Of a stretch of 64,000 nt of DNA, positions 60,276 through 64,000 are shown piece after piece (the stretch's first letter is position 1; the number at the start of each line of letters is the position of its first letter). Location of the stretch: contig NIVC01000386.1 of NCBI GenBank assembly GCA_002269645.1, forward strand, positions 186,001-250,000. Reading direction: 5' to 3'. The stretch is from Macrostomum lignano (lineage: Eukaryota). The position numbers were made by a program, and so were the translations under genes. The notes below the pieces were generated by a model, which was not told the DNA's origin, searched no databases, and worked only from the letters and a program-made list of their open reading frames with translations.

Positions 60276-63200
60276 TCAGAAAGAGTTGTGCTTCCGGTGG
60301 CCGTAGAACTGCTGCCAGCCGGCGCAGCTCGAGTTTCGCCGCTGCCGCCGCTTCCTCTCCTCCATGTAGCGGGAGATCCAGCAGCGGGAGGTCACGCTGG
60401 ACTTTTGTTGCCCGCCGCCTCCCCGCCTGGTGCCTCCGCGACCTGCGGGCGCGTCGATTTTGGTGGTGGCGGCGGCTGCGGCGGCGGGGTCCTCGCTATC
60501 GCTGACGTAGTCCTCTGGGAACTCGGTGCACGGCGGCAGCTCCAGGACCCGGCCGGTGCGCTTGTCCCGGAGGCAGCGGCAGGGCCGGCGGCCGCGGAAT
60601 CGGCACTCGTAGCGAATGTCCTCCTGGGTCACCGGCTCCAGCGGGTAGCCGAAGCGAACCTGAGTTGGCGGGTCAGGGAGGCAGTGGGTCAGCTGGATGG
60701 TGGGACAGTGAGTCAGCTGGATGGTGGGGTTAGTCGATCAGCTGGTTGGTGGGTCAGTGGGTCAGCAGGTTGGTGGGTCAGTGGGTCAGCTGGATGGTGG
60801 GTCAGTGGGTCAGCTGGATGGTGGGTCAGCTGGATGGTAGGTCAGTGGGTCAGCTGGTTTGTAGGCCAGTGGGTCAGCTGGATGGTGGGTCAGTGGGTCA
60901 GCTGGATGTTAGGTCAGTGGGTCAGCCGGATGGTGGGTCAGTGGGTCAGCTGGATGGTGGGTAAGTGGGTCAGCTGGATTGTGGGTCAGTGGGTCAACTG
61001 GATGTTGGGTCAGTGGGTCAGCCGGATGGTGGGTCAGTGGGTCAGCTGGATGGTGGGTCAGTGGGTCAGCTGGATGGTGGGATTAGTGGGTCAGCTGGAT
61101 GGTGGGTCAGTGGGTCAGCAAGATGTTTGGTCAGTGGGTCAGATGGATGGTGGGTCAGCTGAATGGTGGGTCAGCTGAATGATGGGTTAGATGGATGGTG
61201 GGTCAGCTGAATGGTGGGTCAGCTGGATGGTGGGTCAGCTGGATGTTGGGTCAGCTGGATGGTGGGTCAGTGGGTCAGCTAGATGTTTGGTCAGTGGGTC
61301 AGCTGAATGGTGGGTCAGTGGGTCAGATGGATGGTGGGTCAGCTGAATGGTGGGTCAGCTGGATGGTGGGTCAGTGGGTCAGCTGGATGTTGGGTCAGTG
61401 GGTCAGCCGGATGGTGGGTCAGTGGGTCAGCTGGATGTTGGGTCAGTGGGTCAGCCGGATGGTGGGTCAGTGGGTCAGCTGGATGGTGGGTCAGTGGGTC
61501 AGCTGGATGTTGGGTCAGTGGGTCAGCCGGATGGTGGGTCAGTGGGTCAGCTGGATGGTGGGTCAGTGGGTCAGCCGGATGGTGGGATTAGTGGGTCAGA
61601 TGGATGGTGGGATTAGTGGGTCAGCTGGATGGTGGGTCAGTGGGTCAGCTGGATGTTGGGTCAGTGGGTCAGCCGGATGGTGGGTCAGTGAGTCAGCTGG
61701 ATGGTGGGTCAGTGGGTCAGCTGGATGGTGGGATTAGTGGGTCAGCTGGATGGTGGGTCAGTGGGTCAGCTGGATGTTGGGTCAGTGGGTCAGCCGGATG
61801 GTGGGTCAGTGGGTCAGCTGGATGGTGGGTCAGTGGGTCAGCTGGATGGTGGGATTAGTGGGTCAGCTGGATGGTGGGATTAGTGGGTCAGCTGGATGGT
61901 GGGTCAGTGGGTCAGCTGGATGGTGGGTCAGTGGGTCAGCTGGATGGTGGGTCAGTGGGTCAGCAAGATGTTTGGTCAGTGGGTCAGATGGATGGTGGGT
62001 CAGCTGAATGGTGGGTCAGCTGAATGGTGGGTTAGATGGATGGTGGGTCAGCTGAATGGTGGGTCAGTGGGTCAGATGGATGGTGGGTCAGCTGAATGGT
62101 GGGTCAGCTGGATGGTGGGTCAGCTGGATGTTGGATCAGCTGGTTGTTGGATCAGTGAGTGATCAGCTGGCTCAAACGATTTGTGGGTCAGCAGATAAGT
62201 AGGTCAGAGCAAACAGAGCCGAGCTCTAACCTGCAGGAAGTAGGGATAGGGCACTCGGTTCTGCGAGTGCAGCCACCACAGGGTGAAGGCGTCAACGCCG
62301 GACTCCTTGGCCAGCTGCTCCCTGCAGTGGTAGCATCGGGCCGTCAGGTAGTTGGGCAGGTCAGACCGGCTCAGGTAGTCGCACCTGCGGCAGGTGATAG
62401 CGAATAGGGAGTTTCCTTGATTCTGACCGCTTGTGCATTGTGATGACTTGAGAATTTAGGATGGCAAAGATGTCAGGAGATGAAATGTAATAATGACAGT
62501 TATGGCATACTGACAACACCACAGGAGTCGCAGACAAGATGCCAGATTACATGACAAGAACCTCAGATTACATGACACGAATCTTGGAATGCATGTCAAG
62601 AATCTCAGATTACATGACAAGAATCTCAGATAACATGACAGGAATCTCGGATTACATGACAAGAATCTCAGATAACATGACAGGAATCTCGGATTACATG
62701 GCAATACTCGTAATCTCAGATGACATGTGAATGTCAGATTACATGACAAGAACCTCAAATTACATGATAAGAATGTCAGATTACATGACAAGAATCTCGG
62801 ATTACATGACAAGAATGTCGGATTACATGACAAGAATGTCAGATTACATGACAAGAATCTCGGATTACATGACAAGAATGTCGGATTACATGACAAGAAT
62901 GTCAGATTACATGACAAGAATGTCAGATTACATGACGAATGTCACATTACATGACAAGAATGTCACATTACATGACAAGAATGTCACATTACATGACAAG
63001 AATGTCACAATACATGACAAGAATGTCAGATTACATGACAAGAATGTCACATTACATGACAAGAACCTCAGATTACATGACAAGAATGTCACACTACATG
63101 ACAAGAATGTCACAATACATGACAAGAACCTCAGATTACACTACACGGCAAGAATTTCCGGTCCCACTTCCGCAGCAACCAAGCCCCTCACTTGTCATGC

Positions 63201-63847
63201 CACCGGCACTCCCTGTAGGACCGGCAGGTGGGGCCGCAGCCCCAGAACAGCTCGCTAGGCGGGGCCTCCACCGGCACCAGCACGCAGTCGACATCGTCGT
63301 GGTTCGGCTGCCTCGGCCCGGCGCAGATCCTCTCGTAGGTGCAGTCCCGCAGCCGCTGCCGCTCCTCCGCTTCCTGCCTCTGCTTGGCCAGCGCGTCCAG
63401 CTTCCTGCTGAGCAGGTCGCAGTCCAGCTGGTGCGAGAGCAGCGGATTCTGAGGCTGGCCTGGAGCTGCGGCGGCGGTGGCAGGGGCGACGGTCGGGGCG
63501 GCAGCGGGGGCGGCAGCGGCGGTGGGAGGAGCGGCGGCAGTGGGCGCGGCGGACACGGGCGGCGAGCCCCGGTTGTTGCCGCCGCCAGAGCTGCCAGCGC
63601 CGCCGCCATTGCCGCCGCCGCCGGCCGGGTAGTCACGGCTGGCCTGGCGAGAGGTGCCCGTCCGCTCGCCGCTGCTCTGCGTTTCCAACTGCTGCTGCGG
63701 CTGCGCCTGCGGGCTGGGCGGCTGGGCCCAGCCGAGCTTGGTGCACAGCTCCTGGTAGTCGCGGACCCGCCCGTTTTGAGTCGGATGGCCCAGGAATGCG
63801 AATGCGATGCGCCTGGCCAGGGCCTCTTCGTCCTGAGTGCCGCACAC
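60276..63847 (-). CDS. Uncharacterised Cys/His-rich protein, 5'-partial. Exons 63192-63847, 62231-62384, 60276-60659; further exons upstream of the window
   Basis: Three GC-rich exons join with matching phases (AA+G, then phase 0). The central exon CDYLSRSDLPNYLTARCYHCREQLAKESGVDAFTLWWLHSQNRVPYPYFLQ is absent from the ORF track. No family recognised. Confidence 0.85.
60680..62175. repeat. G-rich minisatellite (GGTGGGTCAGTGGGTCAGCTGGAT; sense strand CCAGCTGACCCACTGACCCACC) filling an intron
   Basis: Directly visible tandem array. Confidence 0.96.
62540..63140. repeat. 21-bp minisatellite (TCAGATTACATGACAAGAATG) in an intron
   Basis: Directly visible tandem array. Confidence 0.96.
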
Positions 63848-63904
63848 CTGCGGGGGGAGTCGGAAGTGCGGCTGGCTGCATCCAGATGCTGGATTTTGGG
63901 AGGC

Positions 63905-64000
63905 AGGGTTCGGAACACTTGGAATATTTGGGATCAGAGTCCCTGGGATATTTGGGATCAGAATCCCTGGAATATTTGGGATCAGAGTCCCTGGGATATT
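63905..64000. repeat. 24-bp tandem repeat (GGAATATTTGGGATCAGAGTCCCT), truncated by the window end
   Basis: Directly visible. Confidence 0.9.

Noticed and set aside
59368-63258. Numerous repeat ORFs (SHRSQIP, MVGQWVSW, CNLTFLS types)
   Set aside because: Minisatellite translations within introns or the UTR of the minus-strand gene.

Overview
Eukaryotic (animal) genomic DNA: GC-rich exons, short GT-AG introns and long introns filled with minisatellites. The style resembles the flatworm Macrostomum lignano (inference, not verified). Genes reconstructed by hand with phase-consistent splice sites: a small unknown ORF (-), ATP synthase gamma (+, first exon not found), EDEM1 (+, 4 exons), intronless RPL37 (+, 1-nt frameshift), an EFCAB14-like type II membrane protein (+, frameshift), a phospholipid scramblase (-, 5 coding exons) with an intact intronless RPL18A nested antisense in intron 2, a secreted PAN/Apple + LamG-like protein (+, 2 exons), and a 5'-truncated Cys-rich unknown gene (-, at least 3 exons). 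Mobile elements: mariner and Chapaev-like remnants, a Merlin MITE inside a 28S-rRNA-derived fragment, hAT MITEs, a foldback-like element holding a head-to-tail Helitron dimer, a tRNA/CORE-like SINE, a young internally deleted BEL/Pao LTR element and a 3.9-kb CACTA-like element. The most unusual pattern is that nearly every long intron carries its own minisatellite, and several units look like amplified splice signals (AG|GTGAGT, CTGAC, Y-tract+AG) in the sense orientation. Some unit cores are shared between genes and one matches the CACTA subterminal motif. No CRISPR array or intact tRNA/rRNA gene is supported.
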